A stretch of DNA of 33,781 nt from an uncultured Bacilli bacterium (lineage in GTDB: Bacteria > Bacillota_I > Bacilli_A > RF39 > UBA660). Both the position numbers and the translations under genes were made by a program. Shown here piece after piece: positions 17,832-25,989 of the stretch. The notes under the pieces were generated by a model, which was not told the origin of the DNA, ran no database searches, and was given only the letters and a program-made list of their open reading frames with translations. The stretch is from contig CANQPR010000001.1 of the NCBI GenBank assembly GCA_947625715.1, positions 1 to 33,781 of the forward strand. Direction: 5' to 3'. Position 1 is the stretch's first letter; every line of letters begins with the position of its first letter.

Positions 17832-18776
17832 ATGATTAAATTTGAAAAACCAGTATATAAAATTACTGAATATCAAGAAAGTAATAACTATGGTAAATTT
17901 GAATTAGAACCATTAGAAAGAGGTTTTGGTTATACTATTGGTACAGCTCTACGTCGTGTTATGTACTCAAGTATGCCAGGATGTGCACTTACAACCGTAA
18001 AAATTGAAGGCGTTTTACACGAATTTCAAAAAATAGATGGTGTATATGAAGATGTTACAACAATCATTTTAAATCTTAAAAACTTAGTATTAAAAAATTA
18101 TACTGAAGAAGCCAAAACTATGCATTTAGTAGCTAACAGTGAAGGACCTGTTACAGCCTCAATGATTGAACACGATCCTGATATTGAAATTGTCAATCCT
18201 GACTTAGTAATTTGTAACTTAGTTGAAGGTGGAAAAATTGACATGACCCTTACTTGCAATAATGGTAGTGGATATGTTGATGCTAAAGAAAATCAACAAT
18301 TATATGGTGAAAACGTTCCTAATGTTATAGCAATAGACTCATTATATAGTCCTGTTGAACTTGTCAACTATGTTGTTGAAAGTGCTCGTGTAGGTCATAA
18401 TGAAAATTTTGATAAATTAATTATTGAAGTTACCACCAATGGAAGCATCACCCCAGAAGAATGTATGGCTTTAGCGGCAAAAATATTAATTGAACACTTT
18501 AATATAATAACTGACTTAAATAAAATAAGTGACATATCTGGAATAATGGCTGAAAAACAAGTTGATACAATAACTAAAACTTTAGAAACCCCAATTGAAG
18601 AAATAGAATTTTCTGTTCGTGCATACAACTGCTTAAAAAGAGCCGGAATTCACACTGTCCAAGATTTAATTAATAAAAAAGAAAATGAAGTAACTAAAAT
18701 TCGTAATTTAGGTAAAAAATCTTTAAAAGAAGTTTTAGATAAAGTCGAAGAAATGGGACTTAAGTTCCGTGATTAA
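17832..18776 (+). CDS. rpoA: DNA-directed RNA polymerase subunit alpha
   Basis: LERGFGYTIGTALRRVMYSSMPG and the C-terminal domain motif SVRAYNCLKRAGIHTV. Confidence 0.96.
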   Translation: MIKFEKPVYKITEYQESNNYGKFELEPLERGFGYTIGTALRRVMYSSMPGCALTTVKIEGVLHEFQKIDGVYEDVTTIILNLKNLVLKNYTEEAKTMHLVANSEGPVTASMIEHDPDIEIVNPDLVICNLVEGGKIDMTLTCNNGSGYVDAKENQQLYGENVPNVIAIDSLYSPVELVNYVVESARVGHNENFDKLIIEVTTNGSITPEECMALAAKILIEHFNIITDLNKISDISGIMAEKQVDTITKTLETPIEEIEFSVRAYNCLKRAGIHTVQDLINKKENEVTKIRNLGKKSLKEVLDKVEEMGLKFRD

Positions 18777-18790
18777 AGGAGGTAAAACTA

Positions 18791-19132
18791 ATGAGTTATA
18801 GAAAATTAGGAAGAGAAACAAGACAACGCAAAAGTATAATGAGTGGTTTAACTAAAACTGTTATCTTAAATGGCAGTGTTATTACAACAGAAGCTCGTGC
18901 TAAAGAAGTTCGAAAATTTGTTGATAAGTTAATAACATATGGCAAAAGAGGAACACTTATTTCTCGTCGTAAAGCTCTAGCTTTTGTAAACAATGATAAA
19001 GAAGTTGTCAACAAAATATTCAATGAACTAGCTAAAACTTATGAAACTAGAAATGGTGGATATACAAGAATTATCAAAATAAATGAACGTATCGGTGACG
19101 ATGCCTTACAAGTCAAATTAGAATTAGTATAA
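18791..19132 (+). CDS. rplQ: 50S ribosomal protein L17
   Basis: MSYRKLGRETRQRKSIM and NGGYTRIIK motifs. Confidence 0.96.
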   Translation: MSYRKLGRETRQRKSIMSGLTKTVILNGSVITTEARAKEVRKFVDKLITYGKRGTLISRRKALAFVNNDKEVVNKIFNELAKTYETRNGGYTRIIKINERIGDDALQVKLELV

Positions 19133-19149
19133 GCCTTAGAGGCTTTTTT
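19131..19149 (+). terminator. Short intrinsic terminator closing the alpha operon
   Basis: AAGCCT (19131-19136), loop TAG, AGGCTT (19140-19145), then TTTT. Confidence 0.55.
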
Positions 19150-19151
19150 AA

Positions 19152-19179
19152 TTGACAAAATAAAGAAAATAAGTATAAT
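19152..19179 (+). promoter_or_regulatory. Candidate promoter for the 555-aa orphan gene
   Basis: TTGACA (19152-19157), a 16-nt spacer, then TATAAT (19174-19179). Confidence 0.55.
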
Positions 19180-19205
19180 AAAAAAGCCTTAAAGGGGGAA
19201 AAAAG

Positions 19206-20873
19206 ATGAAAGAAAATAAAATTTTTGAAACCAAAGTTATTAACAATTGTATTGAACAATTAAATCAATGTAAAAAAAATGTTACCAATAATCCATCCAT
19301 TACTTACATAATAGATAATTTAATTGATATTTTATCTAATAAATTAGATACACAACCATTTTTAGTTTTAGAAATAGCTTCATCATTATTATCTAAAATA
19401 CAACTTTCACCAATGCAAAGAGGTTTAATATTATCTAAAATACTTCAATATAATACTAAAGTAATTGAAAGTAAGCCTTACTCTATATTAGATTATCCCA
19501 TTTATTACAATGCTAATATGCATATGTCATTTTCTAAATTAAAAAAAGAAGTCGATGAAATAGCGACTAACTTAAAAAGCAACTTATCAAAGCCTTTAAC
19601 TAATGACCAAAAATCTTTATATAAATTAATCATTAATTCAGAACAAAATCGTTTAAACGTAATTTCTTTTTATAAAATTATTAAACAAAGCTATAAAAAT
19701 CTTAATGATTATACTATTAATATTATCATTGGTGATGCTCTTATAAATAAACTAACCGAATATGATTGTGAATGTTTAAGAATATATTTAAATACCATTA
19801 AAGAAAATAAAAACTATCCACTTAAAATGGCTGAAGAACAAAGATTTAATACCCTTTTAATTGCCTTATTTGACCAAGATTTTCAAACTTACAGTAATAA
19901 TTTAGTAAGCTTAAAAGCTAAATTTTATGATTTATTAATTGATTATATTGAAAGTTATGAAATAGAAGAAAAAGAACAACTTGATAAAGATAAACTATGG
20001 CAAAGTATTATCAAAATAAATTTTGATTTTCTTGATACTAAACCATATTCATGTTCTTTATTATATGAAAATGAACCAAATTATACATTTAAACAAATAA
20101 GAAAAGCCCTTAAAACCATTGCATCAAGAAATACTGAAAGTGAAAAAAAATTAAAAGATGTTATCATAAAAGAAGAACAATACCGTCTTTTAAACCAACA
20201 AACTTTTAAAGAAATAAAAAATTTATACTATAATTTAACTATTGAAAATATAGATAAAATAATTGATTTATTAAAAACTAAAATTACAACTAATGAAAAA
20301 GCATTAAAAGAAATAAAAACAATGCTTATCAATCAAATGCTTACAGAGCAAAAAATAAAAGAAAATAGAGAAGTAAAAAAAGAAAAAAATGAAAATCCTC
20401 TTGATTTAACTGGCTTAAATTTAGAATTAAAACCTTTAAAACTTGGTTATAGCTTATCTCAATTAAAAGAATATCGTTTATCCTTAGAACATTTAAAAAC
20501 AAAAGTTTTAAATAATGAACCAATTAGTATAGCCCAATATCAACAAGCCCTTTTCTATTTACAAATCCTTGATGAAAACGAAATATCTAAGTTGGAAAAA
20601 GAATACTACTTAAGAAAATTATTTAATAGCTTAATAATTAACCCTGAAGCTTATGAATTTTTGTATCATAAAGGAAAATATTTAGTATTAGTTAATTTAG
20701 ATGTATATCCAATATTAGAAGAAATAGATATCTATAATGAATTAATAAAAGAAGGTAACCAAGAAGAACAACAAGAAGCCTTAGTTTTATTAAAGGAAAA
20801 ATATCACCAATTATTTAATACTATTTGTGATAATTATGCCTATGAATTTTCTTTAATCCGTGAAAAAAAGTAG
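19206..20873 (+). CDS. Hypothetical K/E/N-rich helical protein with an internal duplication
   Basis: Long ORF with GGGGGA RBS-like sequence upstream. No recognisable catalytic motif. The KPYS...EQxRL...F..IK..Y.NL module occurs twice. Confidence 0.75.
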   Translation: MKENKIFETKVINNCIEQLNQCKKNVTNNPSITYIIDNLIDILSNKLDTQPFLVLEIASSLLSKIQLSPMQRGLILSKILQYNTKVIESKPYSILDYPIYYNANMHMSFSKLKKEVDEIATNLKSNLSKPLTNDQKSLYKLIINSEQNRLNVISFYKIIKQSYKNLNDYTINIIIGDALINKLTEYDCECLRIYLNTIKENKNYPLKMAEEQRFNTLLIALFDQDFQTYSNNLVSLKAKFYDLLIDYIESYEIEEKEQLDKDKLWQSIIKINFDFLDTKPYSCSLLYENEPNYTFKQIRKALKTIASRNTESEKKLKDVIIKEEQYRLLNQQTFKEIKNLYYNLTIENIDKIIDLLKTKITTNEKALKEIKTMLINQMLTEQKIKENREVKKEKNENPLDLTGLNLELKPLKLGYSLSQLKEYRLSLEHLKTKVLNNEPISIAQYQQALFYLQILDENEISKLEKEYYLRKLFNSLIINPEAYEFLYHKGKYLVLVNLDVYPILEEIDIYNELIKEGNQEEQQEALVLLKEKYHQLFNTICDNYAYEFSLIREKK

Positions 20874-20921
20874 TTAAAAAAAATCATTTATGATACACTT
20901 ATAAATAGTGAGGTGACTAAC

Positions 20922-22001
20922 ATGAAAAATATCGTTTTAACAGGTGATCGTCCAACTGGAAATCTTCATATTGGCCATTATGTAGGGTCTTTAAAAAATC
21001 GGGTGAAAATTCAAAATGAAGGGCAATACGATGATATGTTTATCATGATAGCTGATGCTCAAGCTTTAACTGATAATGCTGATAATCCGAGAAAAATTAG
21101 AGATAACATTTTAAATGTTGCCCTAGATTATTTATCGGTGGGAATAGATCCGAAAAAAGTTCATATTTTTATTCAATCAGAAGTTAATGAATTAACAGAA
21201 CTAGCTTTTTATTATCAAAATTTAGTAACCGTTTCTAGACTTCAAAGAAATCCAACTGTTAAACAAGAAATAAAAAGTCGAAAATTTAAAGAAAGTATTC
21301 CTGTTGGTTTTTTCACTTATCCCATAAGTCAAGCTGCTGACATAACAGCCTTTAAAGCAAATATTATTCCCGTTGGTGTTGATCAATTACCAATGATAGA
21401 GCAAACAAGAGAAATTGTTAGAAGTTTTAATCACACCTATAAAGAAGTATTAGTAGAACCAAATGCTATTTTACCATCTAATAGTGCTTGTCTTCGTCTT
21501 CCAGGTATTGATGGTAATGCTAAAATGAGTAAAAGTTTAGACAACTGTATATATCTAAAAGATGATTCTAAAGAAGTAAAAAAGAAAGTCTTTAGCATGT
21601 ATACTGACCCTCTTCATATAAATGTATCTGATCCTGGACACATTAAAGATAATACTGTTTTTACTTACTTAGATGCTTTTTCAACTGAAGAAGATTTTCG
21701 TCTATTTTATCCCGAATTTAAAAATCTTGATGAACTAAAAAAAGCCTATCAAAAAGGTGGAATAGGTGACATGAAAATTAAAAACTTTCTTTATCAAATT
21801 CTTGAAAAAGAACTAAATCCTATTAGAGAAAAACGAAAATATTATGAACAACATTTAGACGAAGTTTATCAAATTCTAAAAGAAGGAAGCTTATATGCTA
21901 AACAAAAGGCTAATCAAACCTTAACTATGGTTAAACAAGCCATGCAAATTGATTATTTTACTAATGACAACTTAAAAAAAGAATTTTTAAATAATAAATA
22001 A
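20922..22001 (+). CDS. trpS: Tryptophan--tRNA ligase
   Basis: HIGH motif GNLHIGHY, KMSKS, and TYPISQAADI / IPVGVDQ typical of TrpRS. ATG at 20922 lies 6 nt after GAGGTG. Confidence 0.85.
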   Translation: MKNIVLTGDRPTGNLHIGHYVGSLKNRVKIQNEGQYDDMFIMIADAQALTDNADNPRKIRDNILNVALDYLSVGIDPKKVHIFIQSEVNELTELAFYYQNLVTVSRLQRNPTVKQEIKSRKFKESIPVGFFTYPISQAADITAFKANIIPVGVDQLPMIEQTREIVRSFNHTYKEVLVEPNAILPSNSACLRLPGIDGNAKMSKSLDNCIYLKDDSKEVKKKVFSMYTDPLHINVSDPGHIKDNTVFTYLDAFSTEEDFRLFYPEFKNLDELKKAYQKGGIGDMKIKNFLYQILEKELNPIREKRKYYEQHLDEVYQILKEGSLYAKQKANQTLTMVKQAMQIDYFTNDNLKKEFLNNK

Positions 22002-22016
22002 AAATGGAGTATTTTT

Positions 22017-22682
22017 ATGAATTTTATCGAAAACATTTTTAGTCAAAGTAAAATTATTTTTTTAAAATTAGAACCTTATGGATTTCAAAAACAAAACGAT
22101 AAATACATATTAACTAAAAATATTCTAAATGACCAATTAAAAGTTATCATTGAAATTAATCAAAATGGAAATATAAATGGAAAAATATATGATTTAGCTT
22201 TTCAAGAAGAGTATATTAATTATCGCATTAAAAACCAAAATGGCAAATTTGTTAATATGGTTAGAGATGAATATAAAAGTATTTTAGAAGATATTAGAAA
22301 AAATTGTTGTGAATCCCAATACTTTTCTTCAATGCAAGCTAATCGTCTAACTAATTATATAATAAATAAATATGCTACTTATCCTGAATTTGTTTTTTCC
22401 TCATCAAAAACCGATGCAATATTTAGAAATCCTAAAAATAACAAGTGGTTTGGTTTAATTATGCGTGTCAATAAAAATAAAATAACTACTGGTAATACTA
22501 ATGTTAATATTTTAAATATTAAATTAGCGCCTGATAAAATAGAAAAATTATTAAATCAAAAAGGCTATTATAAAGCTTATCATATGAATAAAAAAAATTG
22601 GTTGACTATCATTTTAGATGATTTGATTGATGATGATAAAATATATGCTTATATTGATGAAAGTTATAACTTAACAAACTAA
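22017..22682 (+). CDS. MmcQ/YjbR family DNA-binding protein-like
   Basis: The C-terminal NKWFGLIMRV...NILNIKLAPDKIEKLL...YHMNKKNWLTIILDD resembles the YjbR/MmcQ fold family. Confidence 0.6.
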   Translation: MNFIENIFSQSKIIFLKLEPYGFQKQNDKYILTKNILNDQLKVIIEINQNGNINGKIYDLAFQEEYINYRIKNQNGKFVNMVRDEYKSILEDIRKNCCESQYFSSMQANRLTNYIINKYATYPEFVFSSSKTDAIFRNPKNNKWFGLIMRVNKNKITTGNTNVNILNIKLAPDKIEKLLNQKGYYKAYHMNKKNWLTIILDDLIDDDKIYAYIDESYNLTN

Positions 22683-22688
22683 ATTTCT

Positions 22689-22717
22689 TTGCAAAAAATT
22701 TAAAAATATTATATAAT
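22689..22717 (+). promoter_or_regulatory. Candidate promoter upstream of the MATE fusion gene
   Basis: TTGCAA (22689-22694), a 17-nt spacer, then TATAAT (22712-22717). Confidence 0.45.
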
Positions 22718-22737
22718 GTATAAGTCTGATCCAGCAA

Positions 22738-22777
22738 ATATGCGTAAAAACAAGACCGTTTTTACGTATATTTTTTT
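22738..22777 (+). terminator. Strong intrinsic terminator hairpin (terminator of the upstream gene and/or a leader attenuator)
   Basis: ATATGCGTAAAAAC (22738-22751), loop AAGACC, GTTTTTACGTATAT (22758-22771), then TTTTTT. The stem is 14 bp with one G-U pair. Confidence 0.7.
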
Positions 22778-22806
22778 GCTCTAAAAGACAAGAAAAGGAG
22801 GAAAAA

Positions 22807-24786
22807 ATGAATAATCAAGAAAACAACAAATTTTTAGGAGAAGAAAATATTACTAAATTACTTTTTAAATTTTCTATACCCTGTATTATATCTTTACTTA
22901 TTAGTTCCTTATATAATATTGTTGATCAAATATTTATTGGTAACAGCGAGTTAGGATATTTAGGAAATACTGCTACTGGTATTGTTTATCCAATCACAAT
23001 AATTGCGGTTGCTTTTGCCTGGGCTTTAGGTGATGGTGCATCAGCTTATTTATCTCTTGCTCAAGGAAGAAATGATACAGTAAATGCCCCCAAATCTATA
23101 GCTAATAGCATCTTAGTAACTTTTATAATTAGTCTTATTATGCTTTTTTTAGGTTTAATTTTTAAAGATTCTTTACTATATTTATTTGGAGCTAGTTCTA
23201 ATAGTATTGATTTAGCAAGAGACTATTATTTAATAATTCTTTATGCGATTCCTGTTTATATGTTAACAAATAGTATGAACGGAGTTATAAGGGCTGATGG
23301 TTCACCAAAATTTTCAATGTTTGTTACAGCGCTTGGTGCCATAATTAATATTATTTTAGACCCATTATTTATTTTTAAATTTCATTTAGGAATAAAAGGC
23401 GCAGCATACGCAACAATAATTGGACAAATAGCATCTTTTATTTTATCAATAATCTACTACTTAAAACCCAAAACATTTAAATTAACTAAAAATAGTTTTA
23501 AAATCGATATTAATGTTTTAAAAAATGTCATAAAACTAGGAATATCAACCTTCATAACTCAAATGAGTATAGTTATTATTTCCTTAGTATGTAACATGAT
23601 GCTTTTTAAATATGGAGAATCTAGTGAATATAAAAGTGATATACCTATTGCAGTAATTGGCATTGTCATGAAAGTTTTTTCTATTGTCATTAACATTGTT
23701 ATTGGTATCATTTTAGGTGCTCAACCTATTTTAGGTTATAATTATGGTGCTAAAAAAATAAACCGTGTTAAAGAAACCTTTAAAAAAGTAGCCATTATGA
23801 CATTAATTATAGGTGTAGCATCAACGTTTATTATTGAATTATATCCTCAAAAGATAATTAGTATTTTTGGTTCTAATGATACGTTATACATTAATTTTGC
23901 TGTTTTAGCATTCCGTTTATTTTTAATGTTTATAACTTTTACTTGTTTTATTAAAGTAAGTTCTATTTTTTTTCAAGCAGTTGGTAGTCCCATCAAATCA
24001 GCCATTATATCTTTAGGAAGAGACATTATCTTCTTTGTTCCTTTAGTTATAATATTACCTAATTTTTGGGGAATTAATGGGGTATTAATATCAGCACCTA
24101 TAGCCGATTGCTTAGGAATGTTTCTAACTATAGCATTAATAATTAACTTTTTTAAAAATTTAGATATTGAAAATACTGAAATAGAACAAAAAAATATTTA
24201 TTTAAAAAAATCACATCCTGGCGTAATAATAACTATTTCAAGAACGCATGGTACAAAAGGCAAAAAAATAGCTAAATTAGTCGCCCAAAAATTAAATATT
24301 CCTTACTATGATAAAGAAATAACGGCTTTAGTGGCCAAAGAAAGTGGGTTAGATAAAGAATTTATTTCAAATATAAGTAATAGTAATAAGCGTCTTTACG
24401 ATTTATATTTAACAACTTCTCCTGTTAAATATGCCATAGAAGCTCAAGAAAAAATTATTAAAAAAATTGCTTTAAATGGCTCTTGTGTTATCGTAGGTCG
24501 AGCAAGTGATTATGTTTTAAGAAATAATGACAAAGTCATTAAAATATTTATATATGCACCATTAGATTATCGAATTAAAAATATTATGAAAATGTATAAT
24601 GATTCTTTAGAATCTGCCAAGAAGAATATTGCTTTATCTGATAAAAATAGAGCTAATTATTATGAAATTATTTCTAATCAAACTTGGGGTCAAAAAGAAA
24701 ACTATGATTTATGTATAAATTCTTATTTAGGTGAAGAACAAACGGCTAATATTATTTGTGATTATATTGAAAAATTAAAAAAGTAA
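22807..24786 (+). CDS. MATE family efflux transporter fused to a C-terminal cytidylate-kinase-like (PF13189-type) domain
   Basis: The N-terminal ~450 aa is polytopic with MATE-like NIVDQIFIG and GINGVLISAPIAD. From about nt 24220, VIITISRTHGTKGKKIAKLVAQKLNIPYYDKEI...ESGLDKEF matches the cytidylate kinase-like family. Confidence 0.8.
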   Translation: MNNQENNKFLGEENITKLLFKFSIPCIISLLISSLYNIVDQIFIGNSELGYLGNTATGIVYPITIIAVAFAWALGDGASAYLSLAQGRNDTVNAPKSIANSILVTFIISLIMLFLGLIFKDSLLYLFGASSNSIDLARDYYLIILYAIPVYMLTNSMNGVIRADGSPKFSMFVTALGAIINIILDPLFIFKFHLGIKGAAYATIIGQIASFILSIIYYLKPKTFKLTKNSFKIDINVLKNVIKLGISTFITQMSIVIISLVCNMMLFKYGESSEYKSDIPIAVIGIVMKVFSIVINIVIGIILGAQPILGYNYGAKKINRVKETFKKVAIMTLIIGVASTFIIELYPQKIISIFGSNDTLYINFAVLAFRLFLMFITFTCFIKVSSIFFQAVGSPIKSAIISLGRDIIFFVPLVIILPNFWGINGVLISAPIADCLGMFLTIALIINFFKNLDIENTEIEQKNIYLKKSHPGVIITISRTHGTKGKKIAKLVAQKLNIPYYDKEITALVAKESGLDKEFISNISNSNKRLYDLYLTTSPVKYAIEAQEKIIKKIALNGSCVIVGRASDYVLRNNDKVIKIFIYAPLDYRIKNIMKMYNDSLESAKKNIALSDKNRANYYEIISNQTWGQKENYDLCINSYLGEEQTANIICDYIEKLKK

Positions 24787-24828
24787 AAAAAGGTTGTCAA
24801 GAAATTATAATTTCAAGACAGCTTTTTT
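24768..24828. repeat. Direct repeat copy 1, covering the last codons of the MATE fusion gene plus a bidirectional terminator-like hairpin
   Basis: TGAAAAATTAAAAAAGTAAAAAAAGGTTGTCAAGAAATTATAATTTCAAGACAGCTTTTT. The 35-nt core at 24793-24827 is identical to 27918-27952. Confidence 0.9.
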
Positions 24829-24838
24829 AAAAAATTAA

Positions 24839-25026
24839 TTATCATTTAAAAAAGTAATTTCCAATAATGAATTAAATGGAAATTCAGTTATTCAAAAAAT
24901 TCGAATAACTGCCACTGATGGTTAAGATTACAATACAAACTTTTATAGTTTAGATGTCACCTTGCTATTACAGGAATGACTACATCAGAAATTATAAAAA
25001 CACGAGTCGATTTCAAAAAAGATTAA
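24839..25026 (+). pseudogene. Remnant of a rhuM-family (virulence protein RhuM-like) gene
   Basis: KKVISNNELNGNSVIQKIRITATDG*DYNTNFYSLDV contains an in-frame TAA where homologs have Lys. At about 24958 it jumps frame to HLAITGMTTSEIIKTRVDFKKD, which indicates an internal deletion. Confidence 0.55.
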
Positions 25027-25112
25027 TTGAAACTCAAAATATTGAATCGTCAGAATAATAATGGATAATGTAATGATTAAAAAGCAAATAATAATTTGGA
25101 GGAGTTGATATA

Positions 25113-25412
25113 ATGGCTACAACAAAAGAGTATAGAGATTTTGTATTGGAACAATTAAATTTATTAAATAACATTACCTGTAAATCAATGATGGGAGAAT
25201 ATTTACTTTATTACAATAACATTTTATTTGGTGGTATATATGATGATAGATTACTTGTTAAGATAGTAGATAACAATAAAAAATACAATATGCAAGAATC
25301 TATACCTTATGATGGCGCTAAACATATGTATTTAGTTGATGATGTAGATAACAAAGAATTATTAAAAGAAATTGTTATTGAAACTTGTAAAGGCTTACCA
25401 ATAAAAAAGTAA
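25113..25412 (+). CDS. TfoX/Sxy N-terminal domain protein
   Basis: YRDFVLEQL...CKSMMGEYLLYYNNILFGGIYDDRLLVKI matches the TfoX_N pattern. GGAGTTG RBS-like sequence upstream. Confidence 0.65.
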   Translation: MATTKEYRDFVLEQLNLLNNITCKSMMGEYLLYYNNILFGGIYDDRLLVKIVDNNKKYNMQESIPYDGAKHMYLVDDVDNKELLKEIVIETCKGLPIKK

Positions 25413-25428
25413 AAGAAGTTTAAAATAT

Positions 25429-25672
25429 ATGAATAAAGAAATATTATTATCAAATATTGATAAAATTCATACTACTGAAATGGGTATTGATAGAATTAAA
25501 AAATCTAAAACTAGATACAAATGATGTAATAGAATATTGTAAAAATAAAGTTTTAGAAAAAAATTGTAATATATTTAAACAAGGAAAGAATTGGTATTGT
25601 GAAATTGAAAATATAATAATAACTATTAACTCATATAGCTATACAATTATAACAGCCCATACTATTCGCTAA
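25429..25672 (+). pseudogene. DUF3781 family gene split by a -1 nt frameshift in an A6 run
   Basis: Frame 1 reads MNKEILLSNIDKIHTTEMGIDRIKK and stops at 25522-25524. The frame of ORF 25457-25672 continues NLKLDTNDVIEYCK...GKNWYCE...SYSYTIITAH. One extra A at 25498-25503 would restore a single ORF. Confidence 0.7.
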
Positions 25673-25680
25673 ATTACAAT

Positions 25681-25905
25681 TTATCTAACTCTCAGTCTTT
25701 TGAACTTCGTAAAGAAAAAAATATAACACAAGAGCAATTAGAGAAACAAATAAATGTTACAAAACAAACTAAGTTAAAAAACAGCACCAAAACAAGCATT
25801 AAGAAATTAGTAAAAAATAATAAAGAAAAAGTAAATAATATTTTAGAATCAAATAAATTGGCAGTATTTATATTATATTACAGTTTATTAAGAGATCTAG
25901 AATGA
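25681..25905 (+). pseudogene. Start-less XRE/Cro-C1 type HTH remnant
   Basis: LRKEKNITQEQLEKQINVTKQT is a classic XRE helix-turn-helix. There is no ATG, GTG or TTG with an RBS at the 5' end, and the downstream part is degenerate. Confidence 0.4.
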
Positions 25906-25937
25906 TTTACTTTTTTTATGTATTTTAATTATATATA

Positions 25938-25977
25938 TTGGCATCTGTATATAACCTGTATATAATACTTATATACA
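25938..25977 (+). promoter_or_regulatory. Promoter of the GntR-ABC operon with overlapping palindromic operator
   Basis: TTGGCA (25938-25943), a 17-nt spacer, then TATAAT (25961-25966). Perfect palindrome TGTATATAA-TAC-TTATATACA at 25957-25977, with an extra TGTATATAA half-site at 25946-25954. Confidence 0.65.
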
Positions 25978-25989
25978 AAGAGGTGAACT

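Noticed and set aside
6488-19023. Many 60-106 aa ORFs antisense to or out of frame within ribosomal and housekeeping genes, for example 6488-6679(-), 7868-8110(-), 8758-8982(-), 9249-9437(-), 9787-10029(-), 10202-10405(-), 11318-11539(-), 12908-13228(-), 13271-13564(-), 13571-13759(+), 13909-14142(-), 14341-14556(-), 15381-15695(-), 16549-16752(-), 16861-17148(-), 17261-17494(-), 18395-18628(-) and 18796-19023(-)
   Set aside because: They fully overlap strongly supported conserved genes, lack an RBS, and have low-complexity or odd composition. They are shadow ORFs.
20874-20921. A T-box riboswitch upstream of trpS
   Set aside because: The intergenic gap is only about 48 nt, far too short for a T-box leader of 200 nt or more, and no T-box consensus is visible.
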